From: Longimicrobiales bacterium
GTDB taxonomy: Bacteria > Gemmatimonadota > Gemmatimonadetes > Longimicrobiales > Gaopeijiaceae
Assembly (NCBI GenBank): GCA_965248195.1
Contig: CBDFIQ010000001.1
Location: forward strand, 288,001 to 352,000
Length of the DNA stretch: 64,000 nucleotides
Direction of reading: 5' to 3'
Every line of letters begins with the position of its first letter. Position 1 is the first letter of the stretch. Of the stretch, positions 49,024-58,234 are shown one piece after another. A model generated the notes under the pieces. That model made no database searches, had not been told where the DNA came from, and worked only from the letters and a program-made list of their open reading frames with translations. The position numbers were made by a program, and so were the translations under genes.

Positions 49024-50073
49024 CTACGGACGCACCCGCATGTACTTTCGGAGTTGCCGCGGCCGAGGTTCCCCTCCGTACATGTTACCGTCGCGATCCA
49101 CCGCGACGAACTCCGCCCCGTTCCCCGCGGTGTCACGGGGATCCGCCCAGGGGAAGCGGATGAACTCGGTCACCCAACCCGTCTCGATCTCCCCGATCCG
49201 AATCCCCATTTCCCAGCCCGGGTTCTGCACGTCGTCGGATTCGGAGTCTGCCACGTAGATCAGCCCGTTACTGTCGAATGCAATTCCGCTGGGGCGCCCG
49301 AATTGGGTCCAGGTGGCGATGTGATTCCCCTGCTGGTCGAAAATCTGGATGCGGCTGTTGCTCCGATCTCCCACGAAGACCCGCCCGCTCGGGTCGATGT
49401 CGATGGCGTGGAGCGAACGGAACTCGCCTGGGCCGTACCCGGTCTGTCCCCAGGACATCAGGAACTCCCCGCGGCGGTTGAACTTTACCACACGGTTGTT
49501 GCCGTTGCCGTGGCCGTCCGCGACGAAGATGTCCCCGTTTTCCGCAATGGCGACGTCGCTCGGGGAGGTAAAGTGATTCCGGCCACCACCCTCCTCTCCA
49601 CCCGTGCCCAGGATCATGAGCACCTCGCCGCGCCCGCTGAACTTGATGACCCGGTGGCCCCGGTCGTCACCTTCGGGAATGTTCCCCGAGCCCACGCCGT
49701 CCGTGACCCACACATTGCCGTCAGAATCTACGTCGATCCCGTGCGGCCAGATGAACAACCCGCCTCCGAAGCTCTCCACCATGTTGCCGTCGGGATCGAA
49801 TTTGAGGACCGGGTCTAGATCGGAGTCGCGGCACTCGTCTCCGAACCTTTCAGCCCCCGCATCGCAGCGGACGACCGCCCAGACATGCCTCCCATCCGGA
49901 TCGATGGTGGCCTTGCCCACAGCGCCCATCTCCCTTCCACCCGGCAGCTTCGCCCAGCCGTCGACTATTGCGTACCGATTCGATGAGTTCTGAGCGACGG
50001 CCTGTTCGGTCGAAGCAATCAGAGTGATGCCGAGCAACGCGGCAATCCACATAACGGATCTAGGAATCGACAT
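49024..50073 (-). CDS. PAL-like NHL-repeat protein, secreted
   Basis: WPHGI, DGHGNGNNRVVKF, SLHAI, GDRSNSRIQIFD, FGRPSGI; RBS GAGAGGTG. Confidence 0.88.
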   Translation of the reverse strand: MSIPRSVMWIAALLGITLIASTEQAVAQNSSNRYAIVDGWAKLPGGREMGAVGKATIDPDGRHVWAVVRCDAGAERFGDECRDSDLDPVLKFDPDGNMVESFGGGLFIWPHGIDVDSDGNVWVTDGVGSGNIPEGDDRGHRVIKFSGRGEVLMILGTGGEEGGGRNHFTSPSDVAIAENGDIFVADGHGNGNNRVVKFNRRGEFLMSWGQTGYGPGEFRSLHAIDIDPSGRVFVGDRSNSRIQIFDQQGNHIATWTQFGRPSGIAFDSNGLIYVADSESDDVQNPGWEMGIRIGEIETGWVTEFIRFPWADPRDTAGNGAEFVAVDRDGNMYGGEPRPRQLRKYMRVRP

Positions 50074-50273
50074 GATGTCACCTCTCACTTCGGCGTGGTC
50101 CAAGGGACCCTGGTAAGGAGCGTCTAAACGCGTCGGTGTCACGCGCGCGCAAGAGAAGCCCCGCAGGACTCCTCGCTAGGGGGAACCGTACGCGCCGGGG
50201 TTTTCCGGGGCAAGGGTAGAAGGGGTGGGAGCCGAGGTATTCGCGCAGAGCCGTCGCCACGATAGCTTGATGA

Positions 50274-51113
50274 ATGCCCATTCCCATTCGTGAGCGCGGC
50301 TACCGTCATCCGGAGCTCCTGACGGAGACCGTTTGGCTCGCCGGTCACCTGTCCGATCCGACGGTTCGCGTCGTCGATGCTCGGTCTGACGAGGACTACG
50401 CTCGCGACCACGTTCCCGGTGCCGTTCACCTTGATGGCTACACCCTCGGCGGCCTGCGCACAGGGTCCGCGATGCCAGAGCCCGAGGCCTTCGCTCACCT
50501 GGTCGGGGAGCTTGGAATCGACGAGCACACAAAGGTCGTCGTCTACGACGCGGGCGGGCCACCGACGGCGGGAATCGTCGTCTGGGCGTTCCTCTATTAC
50601 GGCCATCCCGATTCCTCTTTGCTCGATGGTGGGTTGACGAAGTGGACCGCCGAGGGGCTATCACTTTCCAACGACGCCCCGGCCCACGAACCCAAGACGT
50701 TCGCAGCTCGCCTAGCAGGGGGCGTCTACTGCTCCCTGGACCAGGCCAAGGCCGCCGTCGATGACGACGGCGTCGTCTTCTGGGACGTGCGCGGCGTCGG
50801 CGAGTTCGAGGGGACGAAGAAGGGGTGGAATGCTCCGCCCCGGCTCGGGCACCTGCCGGGGGCCATCCACTTGGAGTGGGCCGAGCTTTTCGATTCTGAC
50901 AACGGGACGTTGAAGCCTGCCGCCGAGCTCACCACGCTCCTCGGGGCCAAGGGGATCACACCGCAAGCCAAGGTCGTTTCCTACTGAGGAGGCGGTGCGC
51001 GGGCGGGTCTCGCGGCGGTTGTCCTGAAGATCCTGGGTTACGCCCGGGCATCGAACTACGCCGGATCCTTTAACGAATGGGCCAATCAGCCTGACACCGA
51101 AGTGGAGCGCTGA
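50274..51113 (+). CDS. two-domain rhodanese/sulfurtransferase, probable selenoprotein (Sec at codon 238, TGA 50985-50987)
   Basis: HVPGA, VVVYD, LDGG..KW, GHLPGA; the frame continues past TGA as VVSY-U-GGGARAG...LGY...NYAGSFNEW to a TGA at 51111-51113. Confidence 0.88.
50988..51024 (+). promoter_or_regulatory. putative bacterial SECIS hairpin
   Basis: Upper stem CGCGGG/CTCGCG (50998-51014) with loop CGGGT starting 17 nt after the UGA; imperfect lower stem GGA...TCC; folded by eye. Confidence 0.6.
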
Positions 51114-51186
51114 CGCAAAACAGCGATGGCCGGAGGCGATCCCACCCCCGGCCACCCCGACCCCGCTGGTATACCTAGCTTGGACG

Positions 51187-51795
51187 TTACGTACCGAACG
51201 TTTCGAAGTTTGACGCCTCCAGCCCGCAGATCTTCCCAGTGATGTCACTGCTGTTGCCTGACTCACCGGTGACGACGGAGAATGTCACATCAAAGGCGCA
51301 ACTGCCGGTGCGCCCGTCGCTCGACGTGAAGCTGAATCCCCCCTTCTCCATCCCGCTCACCGTCAGAGAGCCTTCCGAAGAAGTCATGTCGAGAACGACT
51401 TTGATCTCAGGGGCTCCATCAAGCGTGAACGTATTCTCGTCATCGCCGACCACGCATCCGTGCGGATTCAAACTCACATCCATTGTGATATCCATGTCGA
51501 ACGTCTCGTCGTTGATGCTGCCCGATATCGAGCCGCTCATCTCGAGGTTTCCCGACTCGCATGGAACGGACTCGTCGAAACTCTCGTCGACGGAAATCGC
51601 GGCCTGGGCGGGTGGGGCCTGCGCCGCGACGCCGACAGACTCGAACGCCGAACCCAACGCAGCCATGACGACGGCGACTTCGGCGGCTGTGAGCTCGTCG
51701 CCGGAAGTGACGCCGGTGGGGTCGTCGCTACAGGCGACAACTGTGAGGGCCACGGCGGTAGTCAGCCCAATGAAATTCCTGGATATTTTGCGCAT
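51187..51795 (-). CDS. hypothetical lipoprotein
   Basis: MRKISRNFIGLTTAVALTVVAC lipobox; beta-rich with four further Cys; RBS GAGGA. Confidence 0.8.
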   Translation of the reverse strand: MRKISRNFIGLTTAVALTVVACSDDPTGVTSGDELTAAEVAVVMAALGSAFESVGVAAQAPPAQAAISVDESFDESVPCESGNLEMSGSISGSINDETFDMDITMDVSLNPHGCVVGDDENTFTLDGAPEIKVVLDMTSSEGSLTVSGMEKGGFSFTSSDGRTGSCAFDVTFSVVTGESGNSSDITGKICGLEASNFETFGT

Positions 51796-51844
51796 GCTAT
51801 TACGTTTCCTCGATGACCCTCGAGCCGCACCCGGGAATCGGGAG

Positions 51845-53219
51845 GGTAGTGTCCCTAGATTTGTGTAAAAGCGGATAAGCTGGACAGGAGGGAAAGAAAA
51901 ACGGAAGCTCCTCTGTTGTTGTTCACTGTCACATGAACCCGGGAGTCCGGGTCTGCAGAGCAGGCTCGGAACCGGAGAGGAGCTTCCGATGCAAGAGATT
52001 GTGGAGATCGGTCGGGCCACGCAAGACGAGCTACGCGATGATTTGCGCGAGCTGTTTCAAGGCGCGATCCGGCTGACGCTCGAGATGGTGCTGGAAGAGG
52101 AGCTGAAGGCCATGGTAGGTGCACGCCGCTTCGAGCGGGTGGGAAGCCGGAAGGACCATAGGAACGGCACATACCTGAGGCGGCTGCTGACGAGCCTGGG
52201 GCAGATCGAGGTCGCCATGCCCCGGAGCCGGGACAACGGTTCGCCGGCCGACGTGATCGGCCGCTACCAGCGCAGGAGCCCCGAGCTCGACGAGATGATG
52301 GTCGAGGCGTATGTGAGCGGCGTGTCACAGCGCAAGATGGGCGACGTCACCGAGGCGCTGATGGGCGAGCGTGTTGGGCGCTCGACGGTGAGTCGTGTGG
52401 CAAAACGGCTCGACGAGGCCGTGGAAGGCTGCGCCGTGCGCCGATCGAGGGGCCTCACCCCTATCTGTACCTGGACGCCACGTTCTTGGACGCCCGCTGG
52501 GCCCGCAAAGTCGAGAACGTGAGTGCGCTCGTGGCGTATGCAGTGGGCCCTGAGGGTCACCGACGGCTCCTGGCCGTCACGCTGGGCGCTGAGGAGTCGC
52601 AGCAGAGCTGGTCGGAGCTCCTCGAGCAACTCCAGGACCGCGGCCTCGGCGGTGTCGAGCTCGTGATCGCCGATGAGCACGCAGGCCTGGCAGCTGCGGT
52701 CCGCCGCTTCCTGCCCGAGGCACGCCGTCAGAGGTGTACGGTCCATCTGCAGCGTAATGTGGGGGCGAGGGTCCCCCACCGCCTACGCAAGCGCGTGGCG
52801 CGTGAGGTCTCGGTGATCTTCCAGACATCCGGACTCGCCGAGGCGAAGAAGCTCCTGGGCGAGTTCGGCGCACGCTGGAAGAAGGAGCTGCCCGAGGCCG
52901 TGGAGGTCCTGGAGCGGGGCTTCGGGGCAGCGACGCAGTTCTACGCGTTCCCCGAGGCGCACTGGCCCCGGCTGCGTACCACCAACAGCCTCGAGCGGCT
53001 GCACGGCGAGATCAAACGCAGGATCAAGGCCGCCGGCGCCTTCCCGGACCGGGCCAGCGCCCTCAGGCTCATCACGGCCGTCGCACTCAGGACCACACAC
53101 GTCTGGGGCGACCGGCGTTACCTCGACCTCTCACTCCTCCAGAAACAGGAGGTCGCCCAAGCAGCCTAGCCGAAGGCGAGGAGCTTCCTCCGCTTTTACA
53201 CACAAATCGGGACTTGACC
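51845..53219 (+). mobile_element. IS256-family insertion sequence (1375 bp)
   Basis: Imperfect terminal IRs GGTAGTGTCCCTAGATTTGTGTAAAAGCGGA / revcomp GGTCAAGTCCCGATTTGTGTGTAAAAGCGGA; 9-bp direct repeat AATCGGGAG at 51836-51844 and 53220-53228. Confidence 0.95.
51989..53169 (+). pseudogene. IS256 (Mutator-family) DDE transposase, frameshifted at ~52427
   Basis: RNGTY.R.L.T, YVSGVS.R, then shifted frame YLYLDA, IADEHAGL, QRCTVH, RTTNSLER; one base missing in GAA GG CTG. Confidence 0.9.
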
Positions 53220-53340
53220 AATCGGGAGCCCACTCGCAGAGGGTCGAAGCTCTAATAGAAGATTAGGAAGCCACAGGGCCCTGGGGCCAGAAGTTTTTTT
53301 TGGGGGGAATTTTGGGAGGAAGAGGTAGCGGCGGAGGCTC

Positions 53341-53741
53341 CTAGCGGGGATCTAGCCGAACAAAGTACCTCGGCGCAAACCCGGTCAAAATTCGGAACGC
53401 TATGCCAGTGCTGTTTTCGCTATTAACACGATCGTGCTCTTCATCGGTTACGGGTATTGCCAGGTAGCCCTCCTTCTCACCGTCCAAGGCCACCTGCACA
53501 CTCGGATTCTCTAAGGCTTGTTTGTACCAGGCTCGGGCCAGTGGTTAGCCGCCACGTAGAGCCGGCCATTACTTTCGAGGCGAGCCAGGACTCGGTCGTT
53601 TGTGGTGCCATCCTCCGCCGTGGTGGTGATAACCAGCGTCCCTTGATCTGTGGGCTGGAAATAGCCGAGCAAGGACTCGAACGCCACGATGATCCCTACG
53701 TAAACGAGGAACAATTTCGCGATTAGCTTTACGGCTTTCAC
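53341..53741 (-). pseudogene. membrane-anchored DDN/DUF385-like (split-barrel) protein, frameshifted at ~53536
   Basis: N-terminal TM, TLVITTT...LYVAANHW then shifted frame RAWYKQALENPSVQV...RYFVRLDPR-stop; adding one C to CCC restores the frame. Confidence 0.65.
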
Positions 53742-53995
53742 TCTGGGACTCCTAGGGCGTGTATTAGCGGCCTTTTAGGGCTGTATTCAGGGGAGTGCCG
53801 GGATCGGACATGGGTGCCTCGAGGCCACGGGAGCGTGGCGGTCATGATACGACCTGGCAGGTGTTCGCGCACACCGTGATGGGTTGTCATCGGACAACAT
53901 TTGCTCCGATCGCAGCCCCGACCCAGGTTGAGGGTCATCGGCAGGCATTACTGCCGATCGTGCCTCCACACACACGCGACCGTTGGAGTTGACCC

Positions 53996-56413
53996 ATGGT
54001 TTTCCATCGCCCGCCTCTGGTCTACGCCCTAGCCTTGATCGCTCTTGCGGCAGTGATTGCCCCCGCCCTCACGGCCCAAGACGGGTACCGGCTCCCGCCC
54101 CAGGAGATCGTCGACATTCTGGATGCGCCCCAAGCCCCGGGTGTGGCAGTGAGTGGCGATGGCAACTGGTTGATCCTGAGTCATCGGCGCAACATGCCCT
54201 CCCTGGCCGACCTGTCCCAACCGATGCTGTGCATCGGAGGGCGGCGCATCAACCCGGCCACCAACGGTCCGTTCAACCCCAGCCTCACGACCGGCTTTTC
54301 CATCATGAAGGTGACAGACGGCTCCCAGAGAAGGGTTGCGCTGCCGCACGAGGACGGCTGGGTCGGAGCGTCCATTTCGCCCAACGGTGAGAGTTTCTAC
54401 ATGACTCGGGCGACTTCTGAGGGAATCGAACTCTGGCTGGGTGAGGTGGAGTCTGCAACAGCCCAGCAGGTGTCGGGCGTTCGGTTGAACGCGGCCCGGG
54501 GAGGCGCCTGCAGCTGGATGCGTGATTCGCAGCAGTTGCTCTGCCACTTGGTGAACCCCTCTCGGGGCCCCGCACCGGTGGAACCCATGGTGCCGTCTGG
54601 CCCCATCATCCAGGAAACGTCAGGGATGTTGGGAGTGATCCGGACCTATCAGGATCTCCTCAAGACGCCCTTCGACATCGTGTTGTACGACTACTACATG
54701 ACCTCGATTCCGACCCTTGTTGACGTCGGCACCGGAAGGACTACACGGGTGGCACGTCCAGCGATCTACGCTTCTTTCTCTCCGTCGCCCAGTGGAGACT
54801 ACTTCTTGGTTCGAGAGCGGGTAAAGCCCTACTCCTACCTGGTGCCCGATGGCCGCTTCGGGGAGAGGATCTCCGTCGTCGCTAAAGACGGAGATTTGGT
54901 TCGCGAGCTGCCCAGCAAGTCGCTGCAGGAGGCCATCACCATCGGAGGGGTGCAAGCTGGACCCAGGAGCTTCGCATGGATGGGGGGTGATTCAAACACC
55001 CTCACCTACCTCGAAGCGCTGGACGGGGGCGATCCCCGCACCGACGTGGCGCATCGCGATCGACTCATGCGACTGGCGTTGGGGGGGAGTCCCCAAGAAG
55101 TGCTGCGCACGGAATTCCGCTTCGCCGGCCTATCGATATCCGGGAGAGGAACCGGTTTTCTGTCCGAATTTGATCAACCGACGCGAGCCCGCCGACTCTG
55201 GCGGGTGCCCATGGACGACACCTCTGCCAAAGAGCTTCTTTGGGAGAGGAACTCTGAAGATCGCTACGGTGATCCAGGAACCCCGGTGACGATGTTGGAC
55301 GACGAAGGCCACCGCCTCGTACACCAAGATGGCGATTGGATTTTCTTGAGGGGAGCCGGAGCGTCGGATCAGGGAGACCGGCCCTTCCTGGACCGCTACA
55401 ATATTGAGACCGGAGAGTCAGAGCGGCTCTGGAGGGCGGGAGCCGACAGCTACGAGACGTTGGTTGCGGTGCTGGACGACGACGCCACTCGCATCTTGAC
55501 CCGTCATGAGTCCAAGACACAGCCGCCCAACTATTACGTTCGGGACCTGAGCGATGGCCAACGCACAGCCTTGACCCATTTCGCGGATCCTCATCCTCAG
55601 CTTTCGGGAATCGAGAAGCGGTTCGTCACCTACGAGCGCAACGACGGGGTTCAGCTGTCCGCCACGCTCTTACTCCCCCCGGGGTACCAGGAAGGCCAAC
55701 GACTCCCTGTGGTGGTCTGGGCCTACCCCCGGGAGTATTCCAACGCAGACGTGGCGGGCCAGGTCCGAGGCAACCCCAACCGGTTCACCCGCATCACTGG
55801 TTATTCCCACCTGTTCTTTCTGACCCAGGGGTACGCCGTGTTCGATGCCGCCACCATGCCCATTGTCGGTGGGAATCTGGCCAACGACACCTACGTGGAG
55901 CAGTTGGTGGCGTCGGGGCAGGCAGCGGTGGACAAATTGGTGGATATGGGGGTGGGGGATCGCGATCGAATCGGAATCGGAGGGCACAGTTATGGGGCCT
56001 TCATGACGGCCAACATCCTGGCCCATTCCGACGCATACAGAGCCGGTATCGCCCGCAGTGGGGCCTACAATCGGACGCTGACGCCCTTCGGCTTTCAGAA
56101 CGAGCGCAGGACGTTCTGGGAGGAACCGGAAGTCTACTTCAACATGTCGCCTTTTATGGCTGCCGACCAAGTGAACGAGCCTATCCTGATGATTCATGGG
56201 GTGGCAGACAACAACTCGGGTACCTTCCCGATCCAGTCCGAACGCATGTATGGTGCCCTCAAGGGGCATGGCGCTACCGCACGCCTCATCATGCTACCGA
56301 ACGAGAGTCACGGGTACCGTGCAAGGGAATCGATAATGCACACGTTGGCCGAAATGGTGGAGTGGTTCGATCTGTATGTGAAGAATGCCGAGCCCAGGAG
56401 CATTACGTTCTAG
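53996..56413 (+). CDS. S9-family (prolyl oligopeptidase clan) serine peptidase, secreted
   Basis: GGHSYG nucleophile, HG.ADNNSGT, LPNESHGY; N-terminal propeller; signal peptide. Confidence 0.92.
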   Translation: MVFHRPPLVYALALIALAAVIAPALTAQDGYRLPPQEIVDILDAPQAPGVAVSGDGNWLILSHRRNMPSLADLSQPMLCIGGRRINPATNGPFNPSLTTGFSIMKVTDGSQRRVALPHEDGWVGASISPNGESFYMTRATSEGIELWLGEVESATAQQVSGVRLNAARGGACSWMRDSQQLLCHLVNPSRGPAPVEPMVPSGPIIQETSGMLGVIRTYQDLLKTPFDIVLYDYYMTSIPTLVDVGTGRTTRVARPAIYASFSPSPSGDYFLVRERVKPYSYLVPDGRFGERISVVAKDGDLVRELPSKSLQEAITIGGVQAGPRSFAWMGGDSNTLTYLEALDGGDPRTDVAHRDRLMRLALGGSPQEVLRTEFRFAGLSISGRGTGFLSEFDQPTRARRLWRVPMDDTSAKELLWERNSEDRYGDPGTPVTMLDDEGHRLVHQDGDWIFLRGAGASDQGDRPFLDRYNIETGESERLWRAGADSYETLVAVLDDDATRILTRHESKTQPPNYYVRDLSDGQRTALTHFADPHPQLSGIEKRFVTYERNDGVQLSATLLLPPGYQEGQRLPVVVWAYPREYSNADVAGQVRGNPNRFTRITGYSHLFFLTQGYAVFDAATMPIVGGNLANDTYVEQLVASGQAAVDKLVDMGVGDRDRIGIGGHSYGAFMTANILAHSDAYRAGIARSGAYNRTLTPFGFQNERRTFWEEPEVYFNMSPFMAADQVNEPILMIHGVADNNSGTFPIQSERMYGALKGHGATARLIMLPNESHGYRARESIMHTLAEMVEWFDLYVKNAEPRSITF

Positions 56414-56430
56414 GGGCGGGAGCTGATCGC

Positions 56431-57483
56431 CTACTCGTCGAGATGCACTTCGGCGATCGCGATCCCGCTCTCGCCCGCCACGGCATATAGCAGGAAGATA
56501 CGCCCGCTGTCGGCATCCTCGAAGATCGCCGGGTCGCGTAGCTGGTTGACGTGTCCGTAAGCGGTGCTCCGGACGGAGGGCTCGAGCGGTGCGTCGGCGC
56601 CCTCCCAGTCGAACTCCGGACGCAACATTTCCACGCCGGGCGTCTCCGACCACGTCGCCCAATCGCCCGAGATGTCGATCGTGCTCAGTAGGATCCGCTC
56701 CGGGACGTGCCCCACCTGTGTCCAGAAGACGAAGAGCGTCTCGCCACGTTTCAGGAGCGCGGCGTGACGCATGTTGGGGTTGAAGAGGCGCGGCCCCTCC
56801 TCGAATCCGCCGAGAGGGTCCCGAGACCGGTAGAACTGCCCGGGCATCGACATGATGTAGGTGTACCCCTCATGCTGAAGCGCCCTCATATACGTCCGAC
56901 CGAGGGGTTCGGACCTCGCCTCGAAGCGAATGCCGTCGCTGGACGTGGCCACGCGTGAGCGTTGCCGGCTCACCCCCTCGAGCCCGTGAAAATACATGAC
57001 GATGCGGCGATTCTCGTCGTCGACGTGTACGTCGGGCGATGCGATGTGGGGGGTCGTCGCCTCGACGAAGCGGTCGTGTCCCAGCGAGGATGGCGCCGCC
57101 CGGAGTCGCGCCGCCTGTTCCGGCTCCACCTCCGGCGGATCCGTCAGGAAGTGTGAATCGGCGATCTGCAAGCTTCCGGGAGGATGGATATGCCAGGGAC
57201 CCAGCAGGTCGTCGGCATACGCCAGCCTGATATACCTCCCTTTGTGGTCGGCAAAGTAGAGATAGTAGGCCCCGAGCCGATCCTCGACCCATTCGGGGAC
57301 GCGAATCAGCGAGGGGCCCTGGATATTCTCTCCGATGCTCGGATGCAAGGCGGGCGTGATGATCGGCACGTCGAGCAGTCGTTCGACGCGCACCCGGGTG
57401 GTGGTCGCCTGGGCCCCGAGCCCCGTCTGCGCCCCGAGCCCGACGATCCCGCACGCCAGTGCGACGGTCCAACCTCGAGTCAT
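56431..57483 (-). CDS. secreted hypothetical protein, glycosidase-like five-bladed propeller suspected
   Basis: Signal peptide; NIQGPSLI, YYLYFADHKG, HIASPDV, QLRDPAIF. Confidence 0.6.
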   Translation of the reverse strand: MTRGWTVALACGIVGLGAQTGLGAQATTTRVRVERLLDVPIITPALHPSIGENIQGPSLIRVPEWVEDRLGAYYLYFADHKGRYIRLAYADDLLGPWHIHPPGSLQIADSHFLTDPPEVEPEQAARLRAAPSSLGHDRFVEATTPHIASPDVHVDDENRRIVMYFHGLEGVSRQRSRVATSSDGIRFEARSEPLGRTYMRALQHEGYTYIMSMPGQFYRSRDPLGGFEEGPRLFNPNMRHAALLKRGETLFVFWTQVGHVPERILLSTIDISGDWATWSETPGVEMLRPEFDWEGADAPLEPSVRSTAYGHVNQLRDPAIFEDADSGRIFLLYAVAGESGIAIAEVHLDE

Positions 57484-57529
57484 CGTTTGTGCGCCGAGAG
57501 CAGTCTCACCGCCGCGAGACACCGTAGAC

Positions 57530-57940
57530 TCAGACCTGACTCGGGGCGCCCCTTCCCAGCGACCAGCCTATGGCCGCACCGCCGATCCCGAAGACGATGG
57601 CCGTGATGAACGGATCGATGAACGACATTGCCGAGGTGGGGAGCGTCGTCATCGAGTAGAATCCCAGGCCGATCGCGATCGAAAGCAAGAAGCCGACGAT
57701 CGCTGCAACCTTGAATCCGGCTCCCGGCGTCGATCCGCCGGGCGACCCGCCGATGATCACGCTCAGCAAGGCGGCCCACACGAACTGGGTCAGGACGAGC
57801 CAGAGCCAGAGCGGCGTCTCCCGATCGATGACCGTCACTGGATAGGCGTTGGCCAACGCCAGTCCGTAGACGAGGAATCCGACCGCGAAGAGAGTCACCC
57901 CACCCACAACAGTGGCGGTCAAGAAGCGTTGCGCACCCAT
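57530..57940 (-). CDS. small 4-TM membrane protein (DUF1761-like)
   Basis: Four hydrophobic segments; RBS GGAGG; resembles the ORF at 63706-64000. Confidence 0.7.
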   Translation of the reverse strand: MGAQRFLTATVVGGVTLFAVGFLVYGLALANAYPVTVIDRETPLWLWLVLTQFVWAALLSVIIGGSPGGSTPGAGFKVAAIVGFLLSIAIGLGFYSMTTLPTSAMSFIDPFITAIVFGIGGAAIGWSLGRGAPSQV

Positions 57941-58234
57941 TGATGCCTCCTTGCTCGAGCGGATATGAGCGGATCGAACATGGCGGACAAGATGGGGCCA
58001 ACGCGTGTTGGGCGGCAAGCAGTCGGTTCTCCACGCGCTCCCTCAACTCCCCCCCTGAGGCATGATGTCTTTCGCCCGGTCGCCCGTCAGGCGAGAGGGC
58101 GGCCCGTCGGGCAGCGTACGGCGCCACGACGAGGATATCGGATCGCATCAGAGCGCCCGCAGCCGTTAGGGTGGGTGGGTTCTAGCGGGCCGCGCGAATT
58201 GGTGTACTCTGTAAGGCTTTAACGCCCCTGGGTC

